A DNA stretch of 60,524 nt, the filler included, from Gonapodya sp. JEL0774 (lineage: Eukaryota): assembly GCA_027604505.1 (NCBI GenBank). It is 13 parts of 13 records of this genome, joined end to end, with 100 filler letters (N's around TTAATTAATTAA, not from the genome) between each part and the next. Parts side by side here need not be neighbours in the genome. Positions count along the whole stretch, not along the records: positions 1 to 4,578 come from JADIIX010000913.1; positions 4,679 to 9,253 come from JADIIX010000914.1; positions 9,354 to 13,927 come from JADIIX010000915.1; 10 more parts are not named here. One strand, given 5' to 3'. The position numbers and the translations under genes are program-made. The notes below the pieces were generated by a model, which was not told where the DNA came from, made no database searches, and saw only the letters and a list, made by a program, of their open reading frames with translations. Below are positions 1 through 12,276 of this stretch, in pieces (position 1 is the stretch's first letter; every line of letters begins with the position of its first letter).

Positions 1-49
1 GGTTCTATTTGGAGTCCAAGCTGTGAACTAACCTCTTGCGTCCACTTCA

Positions 50-1487
50 GGGGGTCTCCACGCCGATCCCAAAAAGAAAAGTTTACTGTCGGCAGCCACC
101 AATGTGAGATATCATTATTCCAGTTTGAGCTTTCCATTGATTTGTTGTGATCCTAACTAACCACAGTTTTTGTGATGGTTTCGATCGGTCACACACTGAC
201 TCGAACTTGAAGATCATTCACCTCACCCCCACTATCGGTACAGAGCTCCACGGTATTCAACTCAGCAAATTAACCGATCAGCAAAAGGACGAGCTCGCTC
301 TCCTGACTGCAGAACGTGGCGTGGTCTTTTTCCGAGGTGAGCCAATCCAGTGCAGATTTGCTACGTTCTGATCATCGACCGACATGGCCCATTATCCTTC
401 CAACACAGATCAAGATATCACCATCGAAGAGCAGCTCGATCTTGGACGCTACTATGGACCACTTCATATCCACCCTACCACCGGGGCGCCAAAGGACTTC
501 CCGGAGGTTCACGTCGTGTACTCTGACGAGAAGTGAGTGGCAGCGTGTGAACACCATGGCTTTATTTGACGATGCAATCTCGTCTACAGTTCCACGGAAT
601 ACTTTGCCTCGGGCAAACTGTTGCGCCAGTGGGGCTGGCACACCGACGTTTCCTATGAGAAACAACCGCCTGGCTTGACGACTCTCAAGCAAGTGACCGT
701 ACCCCTTGTCGGTGGAGACACGCTCTGGGTGAATACCTACCAAGCCTACGAAACTTTACCAGTTGAATACAAGGAGCTTCTCGAGGGTAAAACTGCTATT
801 CACAGTGCAAAGGTATGGGGCGTTGTCATGCAACGATCTTATCATGTGAATCTCATTAAGGGTTTGGGATCTTGTTAGGAACAAGCAGAAAACGGGATCA
901 AAGCTGGGCACCCTCTGAAGCGAGATCCTATTGACTCGGAACACCCTATCGTACGAACTCACCCTGTCACCGGCTGGAAGGCTCTTTATGTGAATCCCAT
1001 CTTTACAAGGAGGATTGTTGGTCTACCAAAGGATCTTTCTGGTAACTATTTTCGTGCTGCCGTCCCGGCCCTGCTTATGCGTTGTTGACTGTTGTACTTG
1101 ACCAATCCTTTGTCAAACAGATCAAGTTCTACAGTACCTCTACAACCACATTGCGAGTGGTGAAGATTTCAAAGTTCGTCTGAACTGGAGACGCAACACG
1201 GTTGCAGTGTGGGACAATCGTGTGGTGAGTACTCCATTCGGTAGAATCTACTCTGGACGTGTGTGTTGGCCACTTCCAGTGGTGGATCTTCCTGCGTTGT
1301 ATTGCTGAACCCCTCAACTGCTCGCTCCCAGACCATCCACTACGCCGTGGTAGACTATCATCCGGCCCGTCGTCATGGTGTCCGGGTCACGCCCCACGCC
1401 GAGGCTCCCTTCTACGATCCCAAAAGCAAAGGGCAATTCGAAGATTTGATTGCGAGGGGTTACAAGGGTGGGGTGGTTGGATTTTAG
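50..1487 (+). CDS. TauD/JLP1-family alpha-ketoglutarate-dependent (sulfonate/taurine) dioxygenase, 5' partial, multi-exon
   Basis: Spliced translation: [94 protein letters not shown]. HxD...H iron triad; GT-AG introns; stop at 1487. Confidence 0.93.
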
Positions 1488-2664
1488 AATGTTCACCCTT
1501 GGAAAGAGATGTACCAGCACGGCACAAATGAAACGTCCTTCTACTCTCGCGATTGAGCTCTGTTCCATATCTCAATTTCTTTCGACGTTTACTTGGCCAG
1601 TTAGGTCGCTGTTCGACACCAAGCACGCATGCAATACTAAGTTAGGGTTGTCATGGCGTCCCGGGAAACTGGAATTGCAAAAGAGCTTTCGAGGATTATC
1701 AATCATCGTTCTTTTTTAGCCTTACAGTAATAACATATGTGTTTCTCTCAAGGATAGCGGATTGGGTGCCATGGGCCGGAATATGGCGGGGAAACACACG
1801 GCTAAACACGGAAGGTTGATAAAGCTGGACCCGTGAACGTCAGCATGACAAGGCACCCCAAACCAGAACCTGCGGAGGCGCTCGTTCTCGCCGTACCTTT
1901 TAAAGTGCTTAATCTGATTCTATTTCCTGTTATGACGGGAGCTGAAAGTGACGTCGGTTTGATTATCAGGGTTTGAGGGTTTCCCACATTTGTGAAACAG
2001 GTGGAATCCCTCCCCTGTGGGACGACTTTATTTTGGGACCATTCCAACCCGCCGAAACTCTGTCATCAACCCGTTCGTATCACATTCTCAGCGCAAACTT
2101 CCCATTTATACTCGCTTGCTCGTAAGTGTCGCGGCGGCCTCGCTCCTGCGCTTGTCGGTTGCCCCCCATCGTGGGAAGCTACTCGCTGTTCCTCGTCCCC
2201 GGGATTCTTCTTGACCCAGGAGAGAACTGAGTTGAACGGAGCAATGATAGCGCAATCTCATTGATTGTATCGCCACAGTCGGACGTCCTAGTCTCACCGG
2301 GGAGAAGCATCATCTCTTGAACGGAGTTCCTGGAGTGGTTCGTCTGCGGGAACCAGTACAAACGAGCCACCTCCCTGAAATAAGGTTGGCAACTCGCTGG
2401 GACTCAAATCAATCTGTGTTTCGGATGGAAACCCGAACTTCCTTGGAAAAGTTTCACGGTTGTGAAGTCGACCAACATTCTTACGCTTTCCCTTTCCGTA
2501 CAGGCACCATCGTCTCGGACTCCGAAATCCAGATCCTACGAACCTCGCTATCGTGGTAAGTACACAGGCGTGATTTCCTCCAAACTTTTGGCCGGTGCAT
2601 GGTATTGACATCCTCCTGTACGTTCCTAATTGTTCCGGATGACATCAGCTGAAACAGTGGCATA

Positions 2665-4531
2665 ATGAGCCGCTACACACCTTATCAGACTGCTCCCTAT
2701 CTTCCAAACCCTGATTCGTTATCGCACATACAGTCCGTGGATGGAGGTCAGCCTCTCAGCAACGCACATACCGAGATCAATGATTTCGTTGCCACTTCCC
2801 CCGTTGTTCCTGGCTTCCCACTTCGCCCGGTAAGTGAATTGGATAAGTGAGGTGTAACTACAAATTTTGACGTTGTCTCATCATTTTTACACGCTATTTG
2901 GTTTCGGCTCTTGTTGCAACACATGCGCAGCTCGCTGTAGGCAAGCCAATGCATGCCGCTGCTGATCTACAAAAGACCGTGTTCGAAGTCAAATCTCAAC
3001 AGCATCCCCACCAATCTCAATTGCCACGCCTGCCTATGCCACACCACTCTCACGCACATACTCGTTCGTCCGCGCACGGCATTGTCGGTGGTACCGGAGG
3101 TCCGGACAGCTACATGTCCACGTACCCGTTCCTCGACAAGGAGAAGGTCGAACAGAACAAACGGGCACTCCACAAGAATCATCTTCTTGTTGCGGCCACA
3201 TCCGCTGCCATGTCCAGATCTGTTCCAGCCATTTCATTGCAGTCCACTTCCACACACTCTTCGCAATCGCCCCCTTTTCTACTCGGTCAGCCATCCTCCT
3301 CGCAACTTAATAATGCAGACGGAAGTCTTGACACGTTTTCCTTGGCCCATCGCTCTGAGGATCCCAATTCTTTCCACGCCGGCGGGAGTTTCCAGACCGT
3401 CGAATATGTCGATGCTTTTGGAAGGCACGGTACTACGACAACAAGCATCGAAATCAGCGCACACCCGCGAATGCGACCAGTATTGAGAAGAGATTCTGAA
3501 GTATCTTCTTCCGAATCGCTGGGGTCTGTGGCGGAGAATAGCTCTTGTGCGTCTCCAAGTGTCCAAACGGGTGAGTTCGAGTTTCAACGGGATATTGACT
3601 ATCTTCAAGGTCGATAACCCTCGATTTCATTCGATTTCAATAGCCAAGTCTTCTTCTCCTCGCCTTGCCTCAGGTGAACCCTTGTTCCAACCAGCGCCCA
3701 GCTCGGAACTCTCCGTGGCCCCAAACCCAAAGTTCTCCCGCAAACGAAAGGAGTACAAGTGTGAGCAATGTGGAAAATCTTTCTCGACCTCGGGTCACGT
3801 GAGCAGGCATCGAAAAGTTCACGGGACCAGTCTTCAGTTCAAGTGTGGATTTGACGGTGAGTCATCCCAGTTTGTTTAATGTCCAAAGTTGTGCAACATT
3901 ATCGCTTGACACTCATCTCACTGTTCTCTCTATCTCTCGTGCTAATCGCATAGGTTGCGAGCGCTCCTTTGCCCGTGCTGACAATCTGCGCCAGCACGAG
4001 CGCCTTCACGTTTCTGGCGAACGAGCAACAGCCGGTTCTCGATCATCTCGCCGACCGGAACAGCCAGCTATACACCCAAGCTTGTTCACTGGCTTGAGGG
4101 AGATGATGTACCCACAGGAACAATGGCAGGCTGCTAAAGCTCCTTTACGCCTTCCCAGTCCTGCATACCCAGCGTCAAACGTCACGAGCCCCACCAATGG
4201 ATACAACCAACAGCAGCCTTCAATCCATTCAAATGAGTCAAATCACAATACCTCAGCACCACTTCAAGCACCCCCATTCTATGAACTACCGCCTCCAACG
4301 AGACATGGCCTTCCTGGTCCTGGTCAACTGACATCTCACTTTGTCACACCGCACCAACTCTCCCCCGTCACGGAGCGCGACACAATAATGGGCCCTGTAA
4401 GCATTCCCGCGGTGCTCTACCAACCGCGCACGGTTCCTGTGACCGCCGCAAGTCCTCAGCTGATTCGAATATCTGATCCCCTGACAGATCAGGGAGGTGC
4501 ATCTTTCGGCGGGATTGATCGGTACTGTTGA
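2665..4531 (+). CDS. C2H2 zinc-finger transcription factor (two fingers, Nrg1-like), about 4 exons
   Basis: YKCEQCGKSFSTSGHVSRHRKVH..FKCGFD|GCERSFARADNLRQHERLH, joined across an intron at about 3858-3952; S/P/Q-rich flanks. Confidence 0.85.
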
Positions 4532-4578
4532 ACATTGTGTGGATGAGAGGAATCAGTGGTAGTCACCTGTTAGCGTTG

Positions 4579-4678
4579 NNNNNNNNNNNNNNNNNNNNNN
4601 NNNNNNNNNNNNNNNNNNNNNNTTAATTAATTAANNNNNNNNNNNNNNNNNNNNNNNNNNNNNNNNNNNNNNNNNNNN
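4579..4678. other. Artificial contig spacer N44-TTAATTAATTAA-N44 (also 9254-9353, 13928-14027, 18600-18699, 23268-23367, 27934-28033, 32594-32693, 37254-37353, 41911-42010, 46567-46666, 51223-51322, 55878-55977)
   Basis: Identical 100-bp spacer with stops in all six frames; the intervening contigs decrease in length from 4578 to 4547 bp. Confidence 0.99.
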
Positions 4679-5079
4679 GGGTCTACCAGCGCACAACACG
4701 AGAGTCCGGCTGAGACGGGCCGAGTTCGAGGAGGATGTCGTTGGGGGTGAGTCCCACTGTCGACTTCTTGGAACATCGACCCTTTTGCACTTCCAATACT
4801 CATATTTGCTGGTCACCTCGTGCACTTTCAGAGAACGACCCAGACGCAGCCGACGACGGCGCAGATGTTCCCGACCGTGAAAGCATCAAGCGAGCATCGG
4901 TGCAGGTGGTGAATGCACGGAAAGGAAAAGGTGGAGGAGGGCCGGGGAAGAAAGGGAGGAGGAAGGGTAAGGTGACGACGACGATGATGATGAATAGAGT
5001 GAGATTCAGAGTGTGGGCTAAAGACGAGCGAGTGGGGCATTGGGTGTATATTCATTTTGAGGTAATTATTTTGAGGTAA
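4679..5079 (+). CDS. 3' end of a CCDC151/ODA10-like outer dynein arm docking protein
   Basis: LPAHNTRVRL..EFEEDVVG|ENDPDAADDGADVPDRESIKRASVQVVNARK resembles the CCDC151 C-terminus as recalled (LPxYNTRI, acidic tract, TRxxLKxxSQ). The exact stop is uncertain. Confidence 0.6.
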
Positions 5080-5326
5080 TCCTAATTTTGGTGGTAAACA
5101 TGTACATAATACGTGATGAGAAAACGGATGCGACGGCTCCTCAGCTTCCAACTGCTCCATATCCTGCTCCGCTTGCTCCATGGTTTCCCACCATCGGTGC
5201 AGATTCTCCGCTGTGTCGAGCCTCCTACTTAACCCGTTGATTCGTCGTAGATAGCATGGTGCAGATCGGAAAAAGATAGAAGGTACCCATAAAACGGCGA
5301 TCGGGTAGTGTCTTGAACTCCAAACC

Positions 5327-6734
5327 TTACACGGATGAAGCAAGGGGAGATACCTTCTTGTCCGCCTTGGAGGTCTTTGGAGGTAAAGGTATCAAGAAGG
5401 AGGTAGTGGCTACATATCTGAAATATCACAAGGAGATAAGATGTGATCCAATCTTCGTCTTCCGTTGCCATCACAAACCAGTATTCTGTACTCACTCCTT
5501 CCACGCTTCATTGTTGCCATAGCGTTCCTGGTATCCCTTCTCCAACAGAGGTATTCCCGAGACCTTCGAAATGAGTAAAACAACAAACATCGGGGATATG
5601 GCGGAAACGTAGTTCCAGGAGTCTGTGAAACCGCCCAGGCACAGAAAGAACTATGGAGCAGTGATATATGGACCTTTATGAGCCGATCACCATCACAAAG
5701 CACGGCGTTCAAAACGTACCATTCCAAGCCAGAGAGTCATTTCCCCAAAGTAATTGGGGTAGCGGGAGTATCTACGAGTGTGAATGTGTGGGTTCAATGC
5801 TTCCAAAAGTTCCGCACAATCAAAATTGAGGACGAACCTATACAGCCCTGTCCTCATAAACTCCTTGGGGAATTTATTTTTGAAAGCGTTCTTCTGTGAG
5901 TCGGCGATGGCTTCGCAAGCGAAACCAATTATCCATATTATCACTGGCAGTAACAGATGTGTGGGAGATTTTCGTTGAGCTCCGTTTTTCACAAATTGTA
6001 GTGTCACGTTCATTTGAAACTCAAATCGAGGGTTTTCAAAGACCATCCAGCAGAACGCGGATCACCGATTGAGTGGACGGAAGACCCGGCCACATCATTC
6101 CTCTAGAGCCACACTAAACTCACAGCCCACATAATCGGACGCCCATTCACCCCAAGGTCTCATCTGCAGTGGCGAGTTGGAGTTGAGAATGTAGATGGGG
6201 AACGCGGTGAGCCAGATCCACACAACTTGAAGGAACCATGGGACGAAGAATTTGATGGGATCCTGTTTGAGCTCGTCAAACCGGTGATCGGGGCGCGTAA
6301 GAACTCGGATGAATAAGAAGGATCCAACTGATGACGATTCGATAGTCACTGTGTCGTCACAGATATGGGAGAACTACGATGTCCACTCACGCCTTAGTGC
6401 CCAAACTGATCCCAGAGCGGTTGCAATTATTTGTCGAGCATTCAATTGAGACAGAGAAGAGGTGTCACCTCTTACGAGGAGGGAGACCAGGAAGCTAATG
6501 CGATTCCCCCACCCCCCGCAAGTGCAAATAGCCAAGAGTCATCCAGAGTTCAGCGGTCTGGAGTAGCACTCAAGGAGTCAATAGAACCAAAGCGTACCAA
6601 GTCAAATATGTTGCTGACCCAGACAAGTCGTAGAACACCTCCGTTTTCATTGCAGCTGCGACAATGTAACATGCGAATTGGATGCCGGCGTCAATGAAAA
6701 AGGGAAGAAGGAGAGGGGGGAACGAGAGAGGCAT
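5327..6734 (-). CDS. DUF1295 (steroid 5-alpha-reductase-like) membrane protein, multi-exon
   Basis: MPLSF..KTEVFYDLSG..DHRFDELKQDPIKFFVPWFLQVVWIW..EAIADSQK..YSRYPNYFGE..KVSGIPLLEK; ATG at 6734, TAA at 5327-5329. Confidence 0.88.
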
Positions 6735-7524
6735 CGTAGCGGTGGCAGCGATAGAGCGGGAATGATATTGACTTTGAGCAAGTGCTGTACTTCAACTGTG
6801 GTGCGATGATCAGGTTTTATCATGCTGGGATCGGCACATTTGGATCTCCCGGCTCACTTGACAGAAACATATTCTCGATTCACTTTCGCAAAAGGCTTAA
6901 CGATAATCTTTCAATGCGCCCGCGCGCGCTACTCTTCATACTTTGAATATACTACGGTCTTTCTGGTTGAGTTTGCGCAAAAGCACGAACTGCGTGGAGA
7001 AGGGAGGACGGGTCACCGAGGAGGTGGGGCTCATCCATGGTATTCGTCTGGACTGTCGGCTTCTGGGTGCAGCGACATAAGGGACTCCGTTGATCACCTC
7101 TCGACCGGGGCGCCTGAGCTAAACTGTGGTATTACTGCTGGGTTCAGGCGCTACAGACCTTGTGAAGTCTGTTTGGACTTTCCCAAATATTCGAACCACC
7201 AAATTAATGTCTGGTGCCCTCAGACTATTTCGCACCGACGGGTACTGCGGGTGGGTGTTTTATGCAACTTGGTTTGTGGGCTGTCTCGCTGGCGGGTTGA
7301 GTCCTTAGTGGACGAGCTCGCCCTCGAACCAATGATAAATGTACAGTGAACGATGCACTAGCCCCATATCAATAAATAGGTTCTTCCTTGCCCTCGTTCG
7401 TCTCTGCCGCACTAGACTCAGGTGGGCTAAGGGTGACCGCGCCAACTGCTCATCGCGTGAGCGCACACCGCCACCGCTCAGCTTGTTTTAAATCAGATCG
7501 GACGACGTAAAGGACATTTTCACC

Positions 7525-8432
7525 ATGATTCTCAACTCGCGATTGCGTAGTTCCTGCTCTCTGGTGGAGCTGGTTGTCTACTTCTGCATTTGGTCTGTTG
7601 TGCTCACCGGAAAATACACTCGTGCTGGCAACGTAACGTGCGGCTATCCTTGGACTAAAGCTTGTGGGGACACATGCGTCCTTGATGCAAATACATGCGT
7701 GAGTCTCATTATTGCTACAGTCACATCATTGCATTTCAGCTGGTGTGACATGTTGAGACCGCTCACAATTAATTGCAGTGTAATGACGCCCTCGGTGTTG
7801 TGTGCCCTTTCCGAGGAACTGTCGACAATATAAACCTCGTGTTCGAAGACTGTTGTGGTGATAAATGCTGCTGGAATAATCTTACAGACGTTGCGTATTG
7901 CGACAAATCGACCTCCCCTTGGTCGTGCAAGATCCGTAAGTACACATATGTGGAGGTTGACAAGAAGCGCATTTATTGAGTTTCAGTACCCTATTGGTAA
8001 CCGTTCCACACGCTAGGTCCATTCACATGCCCAGTAGCTGGCCAAATCAGATGTGGTTCTTGGACAACTTGCTACAACCCCTCCTATGCAATATGCGTGA
8101 GTTAAACTTGAAATTTCAATCTAAGACTTTACGTCCGACAAACTGATTTTGTTTGCATAAAGTGCCCTTCGCCCAGCGATGATGGTTCGGTAGACTACGG
8201 GTACGCCTGTCCAATTGGGAGAACGTGTTGCAACCCGAAGCTTCAAGGATCGCAATGCTGCAAGACTGGCCAGTACTGTGGTATCGGAGGGGCAGATGTT
8301 TACTACCAGCTCACGTGCTTGGATATCGCCACCACAACACCTAGAGCTGCGCCACCGTCTCCCCGACCACCACCACCCCCGCCAACACCTAGACTTCCAC
8401 CGCCGCCTCCTCACCGCCAGTATCGTGTGTGA
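7525..8432 (+). CDS. Putative secreted Cys-rich protein with Pro-rich tail, multi-exon
   Basis: Hydrophobic N-terminus, repeated C..CC..C modules (DCCGDKCC; CPIGRTCCNPKLQGSQCCKTGQYCG) and a PPSPRPPPPPP tract. It may extend into further Cys-rich exons near 8750-9050. Confidence 0.55.
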
Positions 8433-9642
8433 CAAACGAGAGTGCAAGGGAGCATTGCTTGCCCACAGGTACGCAGACGAGAATCAATTAACGATAGTCA
8501 CGTGAGCCAGCATTACTGTAGCTTCAATGTTGATGCCCAGTCGATATGTGATATTCATTGCCGTGAACCCAAGTCTGGTGTGCATCGACTCGCATTGTAC
8601 ATAAAACCTGCAGACAGATCCCAGAGTCGAAAAACGGTGTGTACTTTCGCCCTCGCCCGATAGACAGGCATTTGGCAGAGTTTGTTTCTGGATCGAGGCT
8701 AGATTAAGTCATTATATGCCTTTCTCCAATACATTCTAAGAAAGTGCGATGATGAGAAACGGCCTGTGCGTTTGCAATAAAGATAAACCGACCTGTGGGG
8801 AATCAACAGGAGGATCGCGACTACACTACTCCCCTGATCAGGCGTGTGTGAGCATTTGGAAAGGGTCGCGACAACTGTCTCGCATAAATGTTTTGTATAC
8901 TGGTATGTCTGGTCTGACTATACTGCTTTGTTTGTAGGAGCTGCAGATGTTATTAGCCGAAATCAGACCAAGGTGGGAACTTCAAACAACACATTGTAGA
9001 ACTTCTGCAGTCCTTGTTGATGAAGCTGGGTGGCAGTAGTGAAGGGATCAATCAGCGAAGAATGTTCCGAGTACGTAAAGTTGAGCCCTGCGAAAGTCAT
9101 CCTTCATCAGCGCTCGCGAATCGAGACCATCAAAGCAATGTCTGATTTTCATCATCCACAGGAAGAACCGGAAATCAATCAATTGGCGAGGGTCATGCGT
9201 CCATCAATCACAAGTGAAAGGCCGATACTTCCCTTGTCAAGCTCTACCGAGCANNNNNNNNNNNNNNNNNNNNNNNNNNNNNNNNNNNNNNNNNNNNTTA
9301 ATTAATTAANNNNNNNNNNNNNNNNNNNNNNNNNNNNNNNNNNNNNNNNNNNNTAGGACCCAGCTCACGCCCGAACTTTCAGATGAACTCAATGATTTCA
9401 CACTCAAAGAGTTCATCGAAAACGGGATTGCGTGTGCCTCAAAGTTTCAAAAACTGCATTCTATTCCAGATACTCTTCCCTCAAGTGCTGTTGAGGATCT
9501 TATAGACTCTCTAGGTATATTCGTATTCATGTATGTGGTGCATTTCACCTATTGCGACCATACGGGTAACGGTTGGTGGTGAACTGGGGTGCTCACTGAG
9601 GGTGGTCACGTGACTCCGGCTAAGTTCAGTATTTAGCCATCT

Positions 9643-10074
9643 TCATACAACACGACCAAACATTGCAGAGAGCTCCTCAAGACGATTTGGGTAGGCAAAA
9701 CGGTGTAGGAGGACACACATTGCAAAGATTCCCATTCCTCGAAGTCGATTGTCTGTGGTGGAGTTGTCTGGAATTCGTAGGGCATGTTGCAGTCGAGAGA
9801 TATCAACCTTTTGGAACTTGCAAACCCGTTCATTGATATGAATTCTAGAGGTTCGAACAAGAAAGACGCATATGGTACAGTACCTGAAGTAGAACCAGCA
9901 GTCAGCATCTGTGTACCTCCCGAAATCAAATGGCTCTCCGACTTCGGCTCTCTCTTGTGGAGTGGAGCTGATTTGTGCAAGGAGGGCCATAGCGGCGACT
10001 GCAATCCATTGGTGGCATTGACTGCGCCCAAATTCTGCTTGAGTTGCGTCGAAAAGTAAATCAGTGTAGTCCAT
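9643..10074 (-). mobile_element. PIF/Harbinger-like (DDE_Tnp_4-associated) transposase N-terminal fragment, truncated
   Basis: DADCWFYFR..DISRLQHALRIPD..MCVLLHRFAYPNRLEELSAMFGR followed by a stop. This is the typical N-terminal region of the family; no DDE domain is seen. Confidence 0.65.
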
Positions 10075-10544
10075 GACAGTTGAGACGGGGCAGGTGTTCC
10101 CGTTCAGCGTTCATGAAGTACACCTCACGATAATCAACCTTGCCAGCTGAATTCATGGACTCTAGAAGCGCATAGCACACATATGCATACGGCACAAGCC
10201 AGACTTACAATGTATGTGCAAATATCCATACGCTGTTTTTACAAGGAAATCCATGAACTGCACAACCATTATTGCAACAAAGAAATTGTTGTAGAGCTAC
10301 AAAGAAATCTACAAAGAAATGGCTTGGTGCGCAACCTCCCTAATATGTCGGCCAACTTTGCAAGTTCTGCGAGCGCATAATCCTGCTGCAACAATTGTGC
10401 GTGTTGAACACAAAAACACAGACGTTGCCAACCTAAAGGCATCCCCTCCAATGAATTGCTTTGCGGCACCGCTTGAGAGGCTTCTTGAACGAGAATTCAA
10501 TTGCTAAAACGTCAACTGCCTGGACACGGCCCGCAAAACCGGGA

Positions 10545-12164
10545 TCACTCCCCCATCTCACACAGCACACCAGGCTCCCGAAACATCGACGGCTTGTCAT
10601 TCGCATATTGGACCTGGTCGGTCGACACGTGAAACTTCACACTCCCTTCAATCACCACCCGAACGCCCGCCAGACACGGATACCCATCTCCTACAGCCTC
10701 GCACATTGCTGCAAACGCGCCTTCTAGCTCCATCGCGGCCTCCACCTCTGTCAGCAGACCTGCACCCGGGAAGGACTGCGGGATGCTCACGTGCACACGC
10801 AGGGGCGGCGGACCGACAGGGGAAAGGCCGGGCCTGAGCGCACGCAGGAAGGCAACCAGCACTGCGGGGAGCTGATCGAACCCAGCGCGGAGCAAAGCGG
10901 CTGTTTCGGCCGGGGTCGTTGTGCCATCGTAGAAGGAGGGGTTCGTTGGGAAGGTCACAGTGATGCCTAGCACGGCGAGCGACGAAAACGTGCGGGCGAG
11001 GGCGGCTCCGAATGCCGTTGCCGAAGCCGGGTCGGCAAGGTCGCCGGTGATGGAGGCGACGGTGTTCAGGATCCGGATGGACGGGAAGATAGCTGCTGGT
11101 GTGGCTGTGCAGAGTGACCGGAGGGAAGCCGCAGGCAGGTGGCCGAGCTCGCAGAGGTTTGGGAAGGCCGACATGACAGCCAGGAGTTGGTCGGCGGCGA
11201 TTGGGTCGGGAGGGTCCCGGTGGGTGTTCTGGTTGGATCTGAGTGCCTTCACGCGCAAGCGAACGTCAATGGGCATGGTCCGGCACACCCACTCTGCCCA
11301 CGCGGCCCACCGATCAAAGATGACACTATCGACATGCACGAGTATGGTGTCGAGACTAGGGAGCATGTGCTTCACAGCCTCATACAGGGTGCAGGATGGC
11401 GTCTCATGAATGTGAGCCCAAAAAGGAGTGAAGTTGAGATGGCAGGAGCGAGGGGTGGCCAGCGGGGGCAGTTCGATTGCGCGGAGGGCGGTGAGAAAAA
11501 TCCAGTCGGGATCGAAGTTGGTGGGATCCGACCAGTTGGTGGTGTCAATGTGGGTGGGGTGGGAAGACGTGAGGAAGGCATGCAGGCGGGTGAGGGCCCT
11601 GGGAGAGAGTTTTTCCTGCCAGACCGTCACAGCATTGTCGCGGATGCCGCGGACGGTGATCACCAGGCCACGGGCATAGAGGCTGGGGGAAAGGTCGGCT
11701 ACGCCGGGAGGGCGCGGCCTGTCCTCCACCGGTGCCGGTGGTGTGGTGATGGCGGTTGTGAAAGATTCGAGGGTCCAGCTGGTGGTCTCAAACGACCAGA
11801 CATCCATATCCACACACACGACAACACCCGCACCCCCGGGCAAGAAGCGTGGCAGGAGCTTCTGGCGTTGGACATGGCATGGGGGTGATGTCCACATAAA
11901 GTCCAGATCCACATCAACCACCAAAAGAACACGGCCATCTGGGTCATGAGCGGTGCGGCAGACAGCGTGCCATCGGCGACAGACGAGAGGGGCGGTGAGG
12001 TAGAAGTCCGTGGGGGGCAGGTGAAGAAGAATTCTGCGTACGAGCTCGGGAGGCAGAAGGGTCGAGAGAGGTCCGGAAATGGAGTTGACGGATGAGGTCG
12101 GTCTGCTGGTCCACTTTTTGAGTCTCCACTGCTTAGGCGGGGTCGCGATTGTCTTTCTCGCCAT
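10545..12164 (-). CDS. Intronless F-box protein with degenerate LRR-like C-terminus (539 aa)
   Basis: LPPELVRRILLHLPPTDFYLTAPLVCRRWHAVC F-box; FPNLCEL and FPSIRIL LRR-like units. Confidence 0.8.
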   Translation of the reverse strand: MARKTIATPPKQWRLKKWTSRPTSSVNSISGPLSTLLPPELVRRILLHLPPTDFYLTAPLVCRRWHAVCRTAHDPDGRVLLVVDVDLDFMWTSPPCHVQRQKLLPRFLPGGAGVVVCVDMDVWSFETTSWTLESFTTAITTPPAPVEDRPRPPGVADLSPSLYARGLVITVRGIRDNAVTVWQEKLSPRALTRLHAFLTSSHPTHIDTTNWSDPTNFDPDWIFLTALRAIELPPLATPRSCHLNFTPFWAHIHETPSCTLYEAVKHMLPSLDTILVHVDSVIFDRWAAWAEWVCRTMPIDVRLRVKALRSNQNTHRDPPDPIAADQLLAVMSAFPNLCELGHLPAASLRSLCTATPAAIFPSIRILNTVASITGDLADPASATAFGAALARTFSSLAVLGITVTFPTNPSFYDGTTTPAETAALLRAGFDQLPAVLVAFLRALRPGLSPVGPPPLRVHVSIPQSFPGAGLLTEVEAAMELEGAFAAMCEAVGDGYPCLAGVRVVIEGSVKFHVSTDQVQYANDKPSMFREPGVLCEMGE

Positions 12165-12257
12165 TCTCTCAGGGTCCGTTTAGTACACTGGGGATACAAA
12201 GAAACGGGAAATGCACGAGCCGGTTTCCCGAGTTTCCCCACCACCACCGCACAAAAC

Positions 12258-12276
12258 CACACACACACACACACAT
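12258..12276. repeat. (CA)n microsatellite
   Basis: cacacacacacacacaca run upstream of the F-box gene. Confidence 0.8.
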
